Source: Octopus sinensis (lineage: Eukaryota). From it: DNA of 64,000 bases. Position numbers and translations under genes: made by a program. Numbering within the stretch: the first letter of the stretch is position 1; the number at the start of each line of letters is the position of its first letter. Where the stretch lies: positions 13,020,001 to 13,084,000 of the forward strand of contig NC_043008.1 of assembly GCF_006345805.1 (NCBI RefSeq). Reading direction: 5' to 3'. Below the pieces are notes generated by a model. That model saw nothing but the letters and a program-made list of their open reading frames with translations. It did not search any database and was not told where the DNA came from. Positions 24,958-38,170 of the stretch are shown here, in pieces.

Positions 24958-26097
24958 AGCTTTACAATTTCTTTCCTCTGAGGCTTGAATTGCATTTGTG
25001 TTTCCTCTTCTTTTTCGACGATTCTGCTGTCACCAGGGCGAACAATGTCTATAACACTGGACAACAAAAATATTTTTTTTCATTCTATTTAAAAATTTTC
25101 ACCTGATTTAGGTTAATTGTAGGGTTCTGAATCTGAATCTAACATCAGGTTTCAGACAGTGTGTGTACACTTTTAGGTATTCAAAGCATCAGATTTTCCA
25201 ATCAATTGATAGTATTGACTAAATGGTCGGCTATTTGCTTTCGATTTTCATTCATATCTCTGAAACAAAAATAAGTACTGACAGAGGCAAATGTAGGTCT
25301 GGTCTTATTGGCGTTTGTGAGAGATGCAGCATTGACGACGAATGAAACCAGCTCAACCCACCCCGAGTGAATGCTGTCTCAAGACAAGACAAATGTAGGC
25401 TACCTGTTAAATTGCCACACATGATGAGGTTATACTTTACTTTGTTATCGCTGTAATTATAGTAAAGGTGTCCTCTCAGTTGGTTATTGCTATTAGGTTA
25501 TAGTAAGTCACTTAGACTCCCTTTTCTTGATAGCTGATGGTACTGTTAAAACAAAGTACATCAAATAAAAGGGCCAGGTTATATGAAAAAGTAGTTTAGT
25601 AGTAAGTTTAGATATTTATTAAAGTGATCAATGTTTGAAATTTAAAGATGGCAAAAATTGTTTCGTGATAGCTATAGCTTCAGTACATTCTATAATAATT
25701 TCAATGATTTCTTTTGAGAAATATATATTGATATTTTACAGCAACATTTACAGTTGATCAATTTTATATCTTAGTTTACTGATAGCCTTCCTGGGTGTTG
25801 ATTTAGGTTATCACTGTATGTATTTATGATGAGCAGAAAAAGTTTGCGTTAATCACCCGGTCAGCTTTTGCTGAGTGTGTGGAAAATTTACGCCAAAAGA
25901 TCAGAAAAATAAGCTTTACTTTGGGACCAAAGTTGGGGACCAAAATAAACTGTGGGCGCCTCATGTTTGCCAGGAATTTTCACACTATTGTAAAATTGAA
26001 AGCAGTATGATAATGGTAGCGTAAAAACGTGACGTGCTGAAGTATAAATGGTTGCACTGACGGCAGTGATCAAGAGGTGCTTGTTTTATCAGCCCCT

Positions 26098-26211
26098 GAA
26101 CGTTGAAAGGTACAGTCGAGCTTAGCGTAATTTTAATTCAGAGCGTAATGACGGGCGAAATGCCACCAAGCATTTTGTCCGGTGTGCTTACAAATATGCC
26201 AGCTCACCGAC

Positions 26212-26245
<34 letters not shown>

Positions 26246-26402
26246 TAATAATGATAATTTTTTGTACTCTAGGCACTTGGTGCGATATTTTGGGGAGGGG
26301 GCCAGTCGTTTAATTGACCCAGTATGCAACTGGTACTTAATTTATCGAACACGAAAGGTAGAAAGGCAAAGTCGACCACGGCAGAATTTGAAATCAGAAC
26401 GA
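26098..26402 (-). mobile_element. Two SINE family C fragments (26098-26213, 26267-26402)
   Basis: Reverse complements of the family C head and central GTCGACTTTGCCTTT..AAGTACCAGTT segments. Confidence 0.7.
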
Positions 26403-26429
26403 TTTCGCCCGTTGTACTAACGATTATTA

Positions 26430-26440
26430 ATAATGATGAT

Positions 26441-26482
<42 letters not shown>

Positions 26483-26772
26483 AGTAATAATAATAATGAT
26501 AATGATAAAAATAATTATAATAATAATAATAATGATAATGATAAAAATAAAAAATAATAATAATAATAAGGACTGCAAAATATCTAATAATAATAATAAT
26601 AAATAATAATAATAACAATAATAATAATAATATAATAATAATAACAATAAATAACTAATAATAATAATATAACAATAATTAAACCAATAATAATAATAAA
26701 TAATAATAATATAATATACTAACAATAATAATAATAATAATAATAACATAATAATAATAATAATAATAAAAT
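26430..26772. repeat. (AAC)n/(AAT)n microsatellite
   Basis: Direct reading. Confidence 0.95.
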
Positions 26773-27856
26773 AAGGACTGCAAAATATCTACTTCAGAAG
26801 GAAGGAAACTGATCCAGATAGCAGCAAAACACGAGCAAAACAAAGAAACTGTTCTCAGTATTTAAGGAAGATGACAATACAAACAGAAATCATACCACCT
26901 AATAACATGTAGAAGAAGAAGAAGAAGATGAAGAAACACAAAAGCTATAAAACAAATGAAATCCAAACTAAAAATAGAACAGCAACGAACCATGATAAAA
27001 CGATGGCAAGAAAAGCCCCTTCATGGTAAATACTGCACTAAACTAAACGCAAAGAAATAGACAAAGAAAAATCCCAGCAATGGTTGAGAAGCTCAGGACT
27101 CAAAGCAGAAACAGAGGGATTTTTAATTGCAGCACAAGACCAAAGCCTCCCCACCAGAAATTACCAAAAACATGTAATGAAAAGACATATTACGTGGAGA
27201 TGGACAAGAAACAATAAATCATATTATCTCTAGCTGCCCAGTCCTGGCTAAGAAGGAATATATTCACAGACATGACAGAGTTGGAACCTACATACATTGC
27301 AAGCTATGCCAACATTATGGAATAACAACAGAAAAAAGATGGTATAGGCACACACCAGAAAAGGTCACAGAAAACGAGAAAGCAACCATACTCTGGGATA
27401 TGCCGATACACACAGATAGAGAAATTAAGGCCAACATACCAGATATAGTTGTCAGAGATCATGAAGAAAAAAAATTCTTTCTAATTGATGTATCCATACC
27501 GGCAGATGACAACGTGTCTCTAAAAGAAATGGAGAAACTCTCAAAATACAAAGACCTGGCAATAGAGGTAACTAGAATGTGGAATCTGAAAACAGAAACA
27601 ATTCCTATCATAGTAGGTGCATTAGGCATGATAAAAAAATATTCAGATAAATACGTAACAAAAACACCAGGACTTACAAACACATATAACATATAGAAAA
27701 TTGCACTACTAGGCACTGCACACATCCTACGCAGAACACTTTCCATACAATAACCATCAGAGCATCTCAACAAATCACAGCACATAGCCAAGGCACACAG
27801 AGCTGCGCTCGGTAGTGACGTGAAAGCACGCTATAAAAATAAAACTACTGAATAAT
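26773..27856 (+). mobile_element. 5'-truncated R4/Dong-type non-LTR retrotransposon (RLE endonuclease)
   Basis: Encodes WQEKPLHGKY, WLRSSGLKAETEGFLIAAQDQSLPTRNY, ETINHIISSCP, HRHDRV, PDIVVRDHEEKKFFLIDVSIP, KLSKYKDL, IPIIVGALG; (TAA)n on both sides. Confidence 0.9.
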
Positions 27857-27889
27857 GATAATAATAATAATAATAATAATAACAATAAC

Positions 27890-27927
<38 letters not shown>

Positions 27928-27967
27928 TAATAACAATAACAATAATAACAATAATAACAATAATAAC

Positions 27968-28002
<35 letters not shown>
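27851..28002. repeat. (AAT)n tail/target array
   Basis: Direct reading. Confidence 0.95.
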
Positions 28003-28006
<4 letters not shown>

Positions 28007-29184
28007 AAGAAGAAGAAGGCAAACATATATCCTGTATAAAATGACATGAAAATGATGACATACTAATGTGTATTACTCATTCCTGGGCGGAGGGCTCAAG
28101 ACCAGGATATTCGGAGACAGTTCAGCAGTTCGACAGTTCCGTTTTATGTTTCATTGACAGATTTGTCTTGGATAAAATATATTACACTTAAACACAAACA
28201 CACACACACACACAATTTTGAATAGATACTTTGATAGATACATTGATTATTCAATAGATTGATATCAGTCTCTGTATATCTAAATCTATATACCTATACA
28301 CCAGAATCACATACACACACACGAACATACATATATGTATATATATGTATATATATATATATATATATATCCATGTTCTCCGTTTTTTGTCTTTGTTGCC
28401 ATACACATACTTAGACTTTTGCGGGGGCAACCAGATGTAACTGTTTCAAGAGTATCTGCCCGAAACACTAAGGACTTATGGTAACTTGACTGAGGAAAGA
28501 ATGTCACAAATGACCCCCTTTTTTATTGCTTGTTCTAATTGCTGTTTGTCCAGTCCGCTTTTGTATATTTTATTTCCATTATATATATTATATATATATA
28601 TATAATATATATATATATATATGCATGTATGTATATCTCTCACAAACATATATAGTAACCATTTTATGACTGAGGCCTAGCTTACAAATAAGGTATGGAA
28701 GGAAGAAGAGAAGCTTGATAAAAATCGACACTGCCATAGCTTCTTAGTGAACACAGGACAACTTATTGGACAGGTTCTAAGAAATTTTAAAGTGTTTCAA
28801 CTGCACAATATGCACCGTAGGACATTCAACCTACAGAAGAACTGCATTATTCATATCTTTTATCCAAGCGTTCAATGACATTGAATTTATTGCAATGACT
28901 GCCACATGAATAATTTTTACTAACGCCCTCTGGTGTGAGAACTACGACAATGTAACACTATGTATGTGCAAGCAAGACACCAACACAAAAGAATTGTGCA
29001 CCGTGTTTATGCATGCACAAATAGCATAACGACTCAATCAATCTGTAAGAAATTTCAATAGCGGATGGAAGCTATAATGGGAAAAATAACAAATCTAACG
29101 AAAAGATAACGCAACACGATCTGTAGTTGTAGTATATTGGTGAGTGATTCGTTGTAATTAACAGCATGTTGTTGCTTGAATACG

Positions 29185-29315
29185 GTTTAGGCAGAATCAT
29201 TAGAACACTGGAAAATGCTGTGCGTTATTCGTTACAGTTGTTTCCTCTCGGGTTCAAATTCTGCCAATGTCAACTTCGCCTTTTATCTTTCCAAGATCGA
29301 TAAAATATATTATCA
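29185..29315 (+). mobile_element. Degenerate SINE family C fragment
   Basis: GGCAGAATCATTAG..GGGTTCAAATTCTGCCAATGTCAACTTCGCCTTTTATC. Confidence 0.55.
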
Positions 29316-29511
29316 ATCAATTTCTTGGGAACTTCTAAAGACCCGCCTTAAGAGTAATTCTCACGTTTCCGCTCATTTCTGCTTTTGAAACAAACGTCTC
29401 GTGAGCAAAATAATGATAGAATATCGAAGGAAGAGACAGACCGATGCTCCACTTTGTCACTAAATGTAAAATCTAATCAAACAATCAAAACCACTGGATG
29501 GACGTTTTTAT

Positions 29512-29809
29512 CTTTTATCTTTTATCTGTTTCAGTCATTGACTGCCACCAAGCTGGGGCACAGCCTTGAAAAATTTTGGTCGAACAAACCGATCCTTGAA
29601 CTTTTGTTTTTCAACAAACACCGGCACTTATTCGATCCGTCCCTTTTTGCCGACCAGCTAAGTCACGGGGGCTTAAACAAAGAAGCACTGATTGTCAAGC
29701 GTCAGGGTGGGGAGAAACACAGACATAGAGACAGACACACAGGGACCGACAGACCCACACATACACACACAAACACACATGCGTGCGCGCACACACACAC
29801 ACACACACA

Positions 29810-29885
<76 letters not shown>

Positions 29886-29925
29886 CGACAGATTTATTTT
29901 AGTTTCCCAAATTCACTCGCAATGG
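29512..29925 (-). mobile_element. SINE family A, head missing, degenerate
   Basis: CTGTTTCAGTCATTGACTG..TTTTTGCCGA..GACAGATTTATTTTAGTTTCC matches reverse-complemented family A. Confidence 0.75.
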
Positions 29926-30230
29926 TGAACCACACCTGCGTCCGCATGGATACTTTTAAGCGGAAATGTTAAAAGTCGGAATAATTATGTTTAATAAGAA
30001 AACAACTTGTTTACTTAAGTTTTAACAGCATCTCCTCCAGAATAGTCACGTTGCGCAGCAGCACACCGATTGCAGCCTTCCTGATACTTTTGGAAACCGG
30101 CTTTGAAGTCGTTTCCCGTAAGCGACCTTCTGCGTTTCGCTCTTCATCTCGACAGGGGGACAAACGTAGATACAAAGACACACACATACAGATATACATA
30201 CATAACCAAATATATATATATATATATATA

Positions 30231-30270
<40 letters not shown>

Positions 30271-30679
30271 AAAAATAAGGGCAAAAGAAAAATTCTAAAG
30301 CTAAATATGCCGAAAGAAAGACAAAAATTGTCAAATAACCATTATAATTTATGCGTCTCGAAACAAACCGATAGAAATTTCTTAAAAATTCGTTATTGCC
30401 GTATTGGTCCAATTTCCGGGTTAATTCATAGAATTTTCCCCTCTTCAGCGATAAATACGTGAGATATAAGTGAAATACTTATTCATACCCATGGAAAAAG
30501 CAAGCACCAGGTCCCGAGCAGACCTAAGTACCCCAAATATATCCAAAACAGAAAATATTGTAAATTATTTATAAATTTAACCTTTAGAGGTAATTTTTGA
30601 TATGCTGGCCATTGATAAATTTTTTTTCCCAAAAATAATTTTATCCTACATTAATTATATATAGATATATATATATACG

Positions 30680-30965
30680 CACTTATACATAGGCGCTCAA
30701 ACTGAACGGGTCAAATAATGTGTTCTACTAAATAAAATCTTTTTTTTCCATCTAATGTATAAATACTATATGATACATCGCTAGCCACTAAACCATTTTT
30801 ATTTCATTTTATTTTATTTTCACTCCCTGTTTATTTCTGTATTCCTTTCTGTTGAGGAGCGTAGGCTCGAAACGTAAAAGACTTTCTCGCTTCCGAGGGT
30901 TAAACTAAATAATATATTTGCTGTTTACACACTCGTCTTCCTTTTTTATTGTAAATTCTCACAAT
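30680..30965 (+). mobile_element. Penelope-like element 3' remnant with minimal hammerhead motif (30845-30880)
   Basis: CTTT-CTGTTGA-G-GAGC GTAG GCTC-GAAA-CGTA-AAAG; abuts (TA)n. Confidence 0.6.
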
Positions 30966-30993
30966 ATATATATATATACAGAGAGACAGACAG

Positions 30994-31034
<41 letters not shown>

Positions 31035-32126
31035 TACTCACACACACACACACACACACACACGCATATATAAATATATATATATATGCATAGAATATGG
31101 GGGTTTAGTTCACTGATAGTGTATAGTTTAGACTCTAAACGAATACGTACGCTGCGTAAGTGCTATAATTGGTCATCCAACAGATTCGAAGTTCACAGCT
31201 GATGTTGGAGCTAAGTTTCCGCAGTAGACTTCTGAGTTAGCAGGTATATATTAAAGGAAAATGGACAACAAAATCAAGGCAGGACGCATATTCAGGTCAT
31301 CCACAGTATTTAATAAGTTCAAAATGAATCAATAAATGTGTAGAAAATACATTAATTACTTCTAATTCTTTCTTGATTAATCTTACACTTATTAAATTCG
31401 AACGCCACGCATCCTTTTCCAAGTAAGTTTTATCTTGATAATTGCGATGCGCACTTTTCTATGTCTACTATCTTTTGACTGTCTACCTCTCTTCCTCTGT
31501 CGTTCTTCATCCTTTCTCGTTTTCTCTCCCACCGTTCCCTATTCTTTTCCTCTCCTCTTCACCGTTCCCTCACTCTCACTCTTCCTCCTTGACTCTCTCG
31601 TCGCTGACACGAGACGAAAGAGAATCTATCTTTCTGCCCATTTCCTTACTAAAGACAACACATGCTTATACCTGTCTCCTCTCATCTTTCTAGCGTTCAT
31701 AATAATTTTTCTATCGTCTTGGCTTAACAGCCCTCACCGTTTGTTTTTACTGTTTTGTTCTCACTGTCCTGTTCTTGTTACCACTTTCACCCTCCGCAAA
31801 ACAACCCAAATTTTATTTAATATGCTTTGCGGGAAGGACTGTTTCAATGAAGTCGCGTATTGTCCTTGCCTTCGAACTGATAAAGGGAAATATTCTTTAT
31901 GTTGCATGTCTGGATTCTCTGTTTATTTTTTCGTTGTTCGAAAAAAAAGTTCTTTCTCTATGTGTTTATTTTTATGTTTTCGTTACTCATTGTGTTCAAC
32001 GTTGTTGTTTTTTTTTGATGTCCTGTACCCATATATGCATGTATATATACATATATATGTAGGTATGTACATATATGTATGTATATATGCATATATTTAT
32101 ATATATATATATATCTATATATATAT

Positions 32127-32169
<43 letters not shown>

Positions 32170-32835
32170 TATGTATGTATGTATGTATATATATATAGCG
32201 CTTGTGTATTCGGATGTATACACCGTCTTTCAAAATCAGATTTGATTGCCGCATTAGAACTTACAAGAATTTTCTAAACAAATTTCACATTTATTTATTG
32301 TTCGTAGAAGTACCAGAGCAGGCGACAATTGGATGAGAAACTACCCTGAAACTTTTCTAAAACGACTGCTGTGCATCATACATAACATCACCTCCATATA
32401 TGTACTTATCACATACTTCTCTACGCGTATATATAAATTTTTAGTGATTCAACATTCTACACACATTTTGATTTTAACTACGGAGACAATGATACTTAAA
32501 TGGAAACACGTCTTTCATTATATTTAAATATATATCTAATGACGATCTTTCAAAGCTTTCTTTATTTTTCACAATTTCATTTATATTAATGGTCACGACT
32601 GCGTATAGGAATGTCACGAATTAAGCCTAGAGATTTATTTGCACGAAATGTGTGAATTGTAGTCTTATACCATATACGAGTGATTGCTACCTTGAACTAA
32701 TTTCGCTTTTCATTCGTAGAAATAACAATTTGCTATCAACAGATGATATTTAAATTTAGTTATGTTTCAGTTTCCGGTTCAGAAATATATTTAAATATTA
32801 TAGCGCAGTAACATTATATATATATTATATATATA

Positions 32836-32881
<46 letters not shown>

Positions 32882-32984
32882 TATATATATATAATATATA
32901 TATATATATTCATTAATTTAATCTTCCTGTGTTTTATATGAATAATCCCCTCCTCACATACACACAGGTGTATCTTTCATCTTT

Positions 32985-33127
32985 TAATTGTTTCAGATAT
33001 TAGACTCCGGCCATGCTGTGGCACCTCCCCGAAAAGGTTTTAGTCGAATGTATCGACACGGTACTTACTTTCTGTCAAGCCTAATACTTATTCCTTCAAT
33101 CCCCTTTGACTAACCGCTAAGTTACGC

Positions 33128-33199
<72 letters not shown>

Positions 33200-33325
33200 C
33201 AGGGTTCTTTTAGTTTCCGTTAATCAAATCAACTCACAAGTCGTTTGGTTGGCCCGGGGCTATAAGACCAGACACATGCCAAAGTAACCACGCAATGGGA
33301 TTGAACCCGGAACGATGTGTTATGT
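32985..33325 (-). mobile_element. SINE family A, degenerate
   Basis: GGCCATGCTGTGGCACC, ACCGCTAAGTTAC, GGGATTGAACCCGGAAC match reverse-complemented family A. Confidence 0.8.
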
Positions 33326-33379
33326 GTTTAATATTAGTCTAACTCATCTCTTCTTATTATTATATGTTTAGATTTTGCT

Positions 33380-34760
33380 TTGTATTTGCACATGCAGACT
33401 CCCTCAAACATTCTATAGCCATATTGTACATCATTGAACAATTTCGAGACAGGTATTAATGCTAGACAAAAGAAGAGTAATGGTAGAGCGTGAATCAGGA
33501 AAATGCCACATGAAATTCTTACATCTCCAGCATGGAGAGATTCATTATCACTGTTCAAAGTCAGTGTAGTTCTCCATGATTTCATATTTATAGGCCTGAA
33601 ATTTAATAGAGTAGGAACTCTTTCATACATTTCCAGACATTCCTTATTCGAGCTATGTGGTAGAGTATCAAAAGCATTTTTCTAGTCTACTCAGCTATCG
33701 ACTGGACTTTGTGTTGTTTGTGACAATCTTCCAAGGTCATCTTATTGATGAGTAGCTGATCTTTACAACTATATGGCACACGTTTCCATCCTTTTTACTC
33801 ATTAGGGAATATTCTATTAAGAAACTATAAGAATATCCAGTCTAGACAGTTCTTAGTATTCTATAAATTGTTGTCGTTTTCTAGTCTTTTCACCACATAA
33901 AATTCTTGAGATTTTCGCGGATACATAGTGCAGGTGGTTGAGATCTGTACTGTCAACATCATAAGCTGAACTTATATCCTTAAGTGCAAGGCAGATTTTA
34001 CCAATTACTTTCAGGTTTTCGTTAGAATTACGAATTTTTGGGAGAGTGTCCCGTTCATTCATACTGGTTTCTTTAATTTTCAGCCATTCAATGATGATTT
34101 GATTTTTAGATCAACTAGTCCAGTTGGGTCAATTACAGTGTGGCTTTCTTCGTCTATTTGATTTTCATCTGCCTTGGTATTTATTGTTGGTTTAGAGGGT
34201 ATTTCACTTTGCTTATCAGTTATATGAACACTTTCTATCATTACTGCATTTACATCAGACCGGGGCTGATCTATAATTATGCTCTCTGTAGTGTCTTCTT
34301 CAGCTGCAATTTCGTTCCCTTTATCCCTTACTTGTTTAATTTGCTCAATCTCTAATTCAGTAATTTCTTTTTCATAATGTCTCTTCTGACGTTGGCAAGT
34401 TTGTTCCTGTCTATGTAGTGTTTTACTTCAAGCTGCTTCTGTCTCCAGTTTAGGTAGGTTTATTCAGCATTTTATTTATTTGTGGGGAAACACATGGCGT
34501 GATAGAAGGCCTCAAGAATTTCTTTATTATCTGCCCTAGACCATTTGTCATTCTTTTTCTTTTGGTTATTTGATGATGAGTGTGAATGGCCATCTGTTGG
34601 AATATCCCGGTTTAGGGGATACTTCCAGTTCCTGTGTTTCGGGAATATTTGAACCAGTAGCTGATTTTTTTCTGGTATCTAGTCTGGTTCCTCACTGGGG
34701 TGCGTGACCCTTGTTTAACCGGGTGACGGCCGATTCGGTTTGTATTTTGCTTTTTTGAGG
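33380..34760 (-). mobile_element. Degenerate R4/Dong-type element: N-terminal domain and RT fragment
   Basis: KWSRADNKEILEAFY..TYLNWRQK..DRNKLANVRRDIMKKK (~34300-34570); KNAFDTLPHS..MKSWRTTLTL..GIF..LLFFCLALIPVSKLFN (~33400-33690). Confidence 0.75.
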
Positions 34761-35448
34761 CGTGATGAGCTTGGATGTTGACATTAAGAGACGGAACTGT
34801 CTGTTTAGAGTTCAACGTTTTGAGAGAACACTGCCTCAAGGTTTTCTGAATGAAAACATTGCGCGTAACGTAGTTTCTTAAAACTAACAAATCTGTATTC
34901 GTCAGTATATTTTTTTGTCGATAGATTTATCTCCGGGCATCGTTTTTCTGGTGTTTTTAAAGCTATGAATTGTTCATTCTGTGTTATTTCGAAAAATAAA
35001 CAACAAATGTTTTGCTTCTTTTTTTTTTGCTTCCTTTGTGACACGTGTTTTCATATGCGTGTATGTGTGTTCCGCAAATTCCAAGTAATTGTTTAAACAT
35101 TTGAATGTATGTGTAGTCCTATAAGTATTAAAATGTATTTATGATTGTCTAGACATTCGAGTGTATGCGTAATTAATCACTTTGCGTATTTACTGTTTTG
35201 TTCAACTTCTATTTTATAATTTATAAACTTTCCGATGTTGATTTCGCATGTGTTTTTCGCACAAATTTCACTGAGACTTTGTGCATAGAAAACTGGGTTT
35301 TGTATAGAAATATAATTTCGTTTTTGTAATTATTTTCGTTAAAAAGCCGCTTTCTTCAATCCTTCCACGGGTTCCTTTATGCCATTCCACCTATGTTGTT
35401 AGATTAGATTTGTCTTTGTATGGAGAGCCCGGTGTAGCACATCCATGT

Positions 35449-35543
35449 TGTTATTCAGCGCGGTGCCCATCCTGTTATTCAGTGCGGAGCAATTCTATTA
35501 TTCAGCGCCGAGCTCTTCCTGTTATTCAGGGCCGTGCTCTTCA
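35449..35543. repeat. Four 23-24-bp tandem units, each containing TATTCAG
   Basis: Units start at 35449, 35473, 35496 and 35520. Confidence 0.85.
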
Positions 35544-35592
<49 letters not shown>

Positions 35593-35671
35593 TTCATCAT
35601 CGTCGTCATCATCATCATCATCAGTAGTAGTAGTAGTAGTTGTAGTAGTATTGTTGTTGCTGTTACTGTTG

Positions 35672-36190
35672 TTATTCAGTAGTTTTATTTGTAACCCGTG
35701 CTTTCACTGCATTGAATCTGATTTACGTAAGATGTGTGCGGTTCCTAGTAGTGCTATTTGCTGTATGTTTATATATTCGTAAATTCTTGTGTTTTGGTTA
35801 TGTAAATATCTGTATATCTTTTATCATACCTAATGCACCAATTATCACTGAGATTGTTTCACTTTTTAGGCTTCATATTCAGGTTATCACGCTTTCCAGA
35901 TCTTCTTATTTTGAGATTTCCCCCTTTTCTTTTAGAAATACATCGCCATCTGTTGGAATTAAGAAGTCGATGAGAAGCTATTTTTCTTGACGATCTCTGA
36001 GAACTATATCTGGTTTATTAGCATTGATGTCTTTGTTTGTGTGTATAAGCATATTTAAGAGTATGATTGCTTTATCATTTTCTGAGACCTTTTCTGGGAT
36101 ATGCCTTTATAGACATTCTACCGCTTCTAGTTATCTATGTTCTTCATCTAGAAGAGGATTTAAAATAGGCCATATATAAAGGGTATATTA
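35672..36190 (-). mobile_element. R4/Dong-type 3' end (RLE domain and 3' UTR), degenerate
   Basis: Reverse complement aligns with ~27300-27856, including the GTGAAAGCACG..AAATAAAACTACTGAATAA terminus; followed by a TAA-containing microsatellite. Confidence 0.85.
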
Positions 36191-37715
36191 TACTGTACTA
36201 TTTAGCTTTTGAAATGTTCTAACTCAGGGGATATATGCAAAAGATGATTTCTTTTGTATTTTAGCTCATTTTTATTTAATTTTTAAAACTTTTTTCTTCT
36301 TTTCAATATTTCTACTTCGTTTTCTACATTACAATTCTATATTATTTCATCGCTTTGCTGTTCTGAGCTGAACCTTAAGAGAGTAGACCTGGTATTACTT
36401 TATTTTGGTGTCGATATAGTCTAGAAACATAGTTAAATATCGTGAAGACTCCAGTGCACATAACCGAAAACCATAGTTTTTACGCGACAAAAATTCTAAG
36501 GCCCATACGTCATCAATCAACTCAGAAGATATAACAGCTAACTTGAAACTAACATATAAGACTGGATCAACATTCTTGGGACACGTTGAACCTAAGCCAC
36601 CTTGATGAGAGCAGAAATGGTGCTAAACAGTAATAACTTGATTTATAAACCTGTAAATTAGGAACCATTGAATATAACAGAACAAGATAGAAAATTCATA
36701 ACTACCGTCGATCTTTTAATTATATATTTAATTTCGACGATCCCCTAATGTTCTTGCCCTCTGTTTTACTGATATAATTTACTGCTCCAATATTAGAAAT
36801 CAATAATTTAATCATGCTTTCCTCTCGTTTTTTATAAATTCTATATTATGAGAAAACATTATGTATTTTATATACGTGATCTACTTGCAGGTTTCCAATT
36901 TTACATTTAATATAGAAAACTTGAGACTGCTTTTCATCTCCGCCATAATGAATTTGTTTCGACCTTATGCACAAAATGTAATACCAAGTCTCCTCCATTA
37001 CCATTAGTATTAAAATTTAATTGATTTTGTATAAAGACTATACATTTATTTTTGCAATAAACCGATGTTGTTGTTAAAGTACATAGATCTGACAACATGC
37101 CAGACGCATAAACCTGATAACCACACCAGCCAACAGAGAAGAGATTCTTGGTTCCTATCAGTTTCTCAGCATCCAAACGTAATTACTTCCACAAATCATA
37201 AAACATAATACTCGCTACGTATTTCGTTCCAGTCCTTCCAACCAAAAATATCTCAACCCACAGCTTTTCGGGACTTTGTTTATTTCATTAGGAACTACGA
37301 ATAATTCGATGGTACTAATTTGCTTAACATTTAAAGTACCAGAACTTCTCGATTATGCGGATGAGGCACGTCGAATGTCGACCGAGAAATGTTGTTGTAA
37401 TCGCTGGAACTCTGCTCTACTCCAATCGAAATGAACCGTCACACAAAGTTATTCCAGAAATGAAAATTTCGTTTACATATAGGTATGTACAACATCTACA
37501 TTGTCTATTATCCTCCTTTCGTTAAATTCATACACAAGAAAGGGATACAGTGCGATATCATGAGTTAGGTTTAGGTGCATATTTCTAAACGTGCCTTTTA
37601 TTGCCATATTACATACATACAGGCAAGAATGAGTAGAGAGAACAAGTATTAAAAAATGACTGCGACAGATGACTATCGATTGTGTATATACCTACATTCA
37701 TACGTTCATATTCTT

Positions 37716-37865
37716 TTATTCTTTCACTTGCATCTCACAAAGCTTTGGTCGGCCCGATGGTATAGTAGAAAACAATTGCTGAAAGTGCCATGCAGCGGGA
37801 TTGAACCCGGTATCATGTGGTTGGGAAGCAATCTTCCTTCCACGCAGCTGCGATGCACCTATGAG
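37716..37865 (-). mobile_element. SINE family A 5' fragment
   Basis: AAAGCTTTGGTCGGCCCG..TAGTAGAAAACA..GGGATTGAACCCGG..CATGTGGTTGG. Confidence 0.75.
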
Positions 37866-37914
37866 GGCGATATAGATAGGAAGATAATAGACAAAGAGAT
37901 AGAAATGCAGACAA

Positions 37915-37920
37915 ATAGAT

Positions 37921-37955
<35 letters not shown>

Positions 37956-38036
37956 TAGATAGATAAATAGATAGATAGATAGATAGATAAATAGATAGAA
38001 AGATAGATAAATAGATAGATAGATAGATAGATAGAT

Positions 38037-38073
<37 letters not shown>

Positions 38074-38170
38074 CAAATAGATAGATAGACAGATAGATAG
38101 ATAGATAGACAAATAGATAGATAGACAGATAGATAGATAGATAGACAAATAGATAGATAGATAGATGAAT
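37915..38170. repeat. (TA)n then (GATA)n microsatellite, uninterrupted
   Basis: Direct reading. Confidence 0.95.

Noticed and set aside
31435-32133. 232-aa L/F/S-rich ORF
   Set aside because: CT-rich low-complexity sequence running into (TA)n; no motifs.
35449-35543. CRISPR-like short repeats
   Set aside because: Units are contiguous with no unique spacers, the context is eukaryotic, and there are no cas genes; the same holds for 24877-24957.
37183-37482. Open frames and a TAG|GTATGT donor suggesting an exon
   Set aside because: Competing frames, weak acceptors and no recognisable homology.
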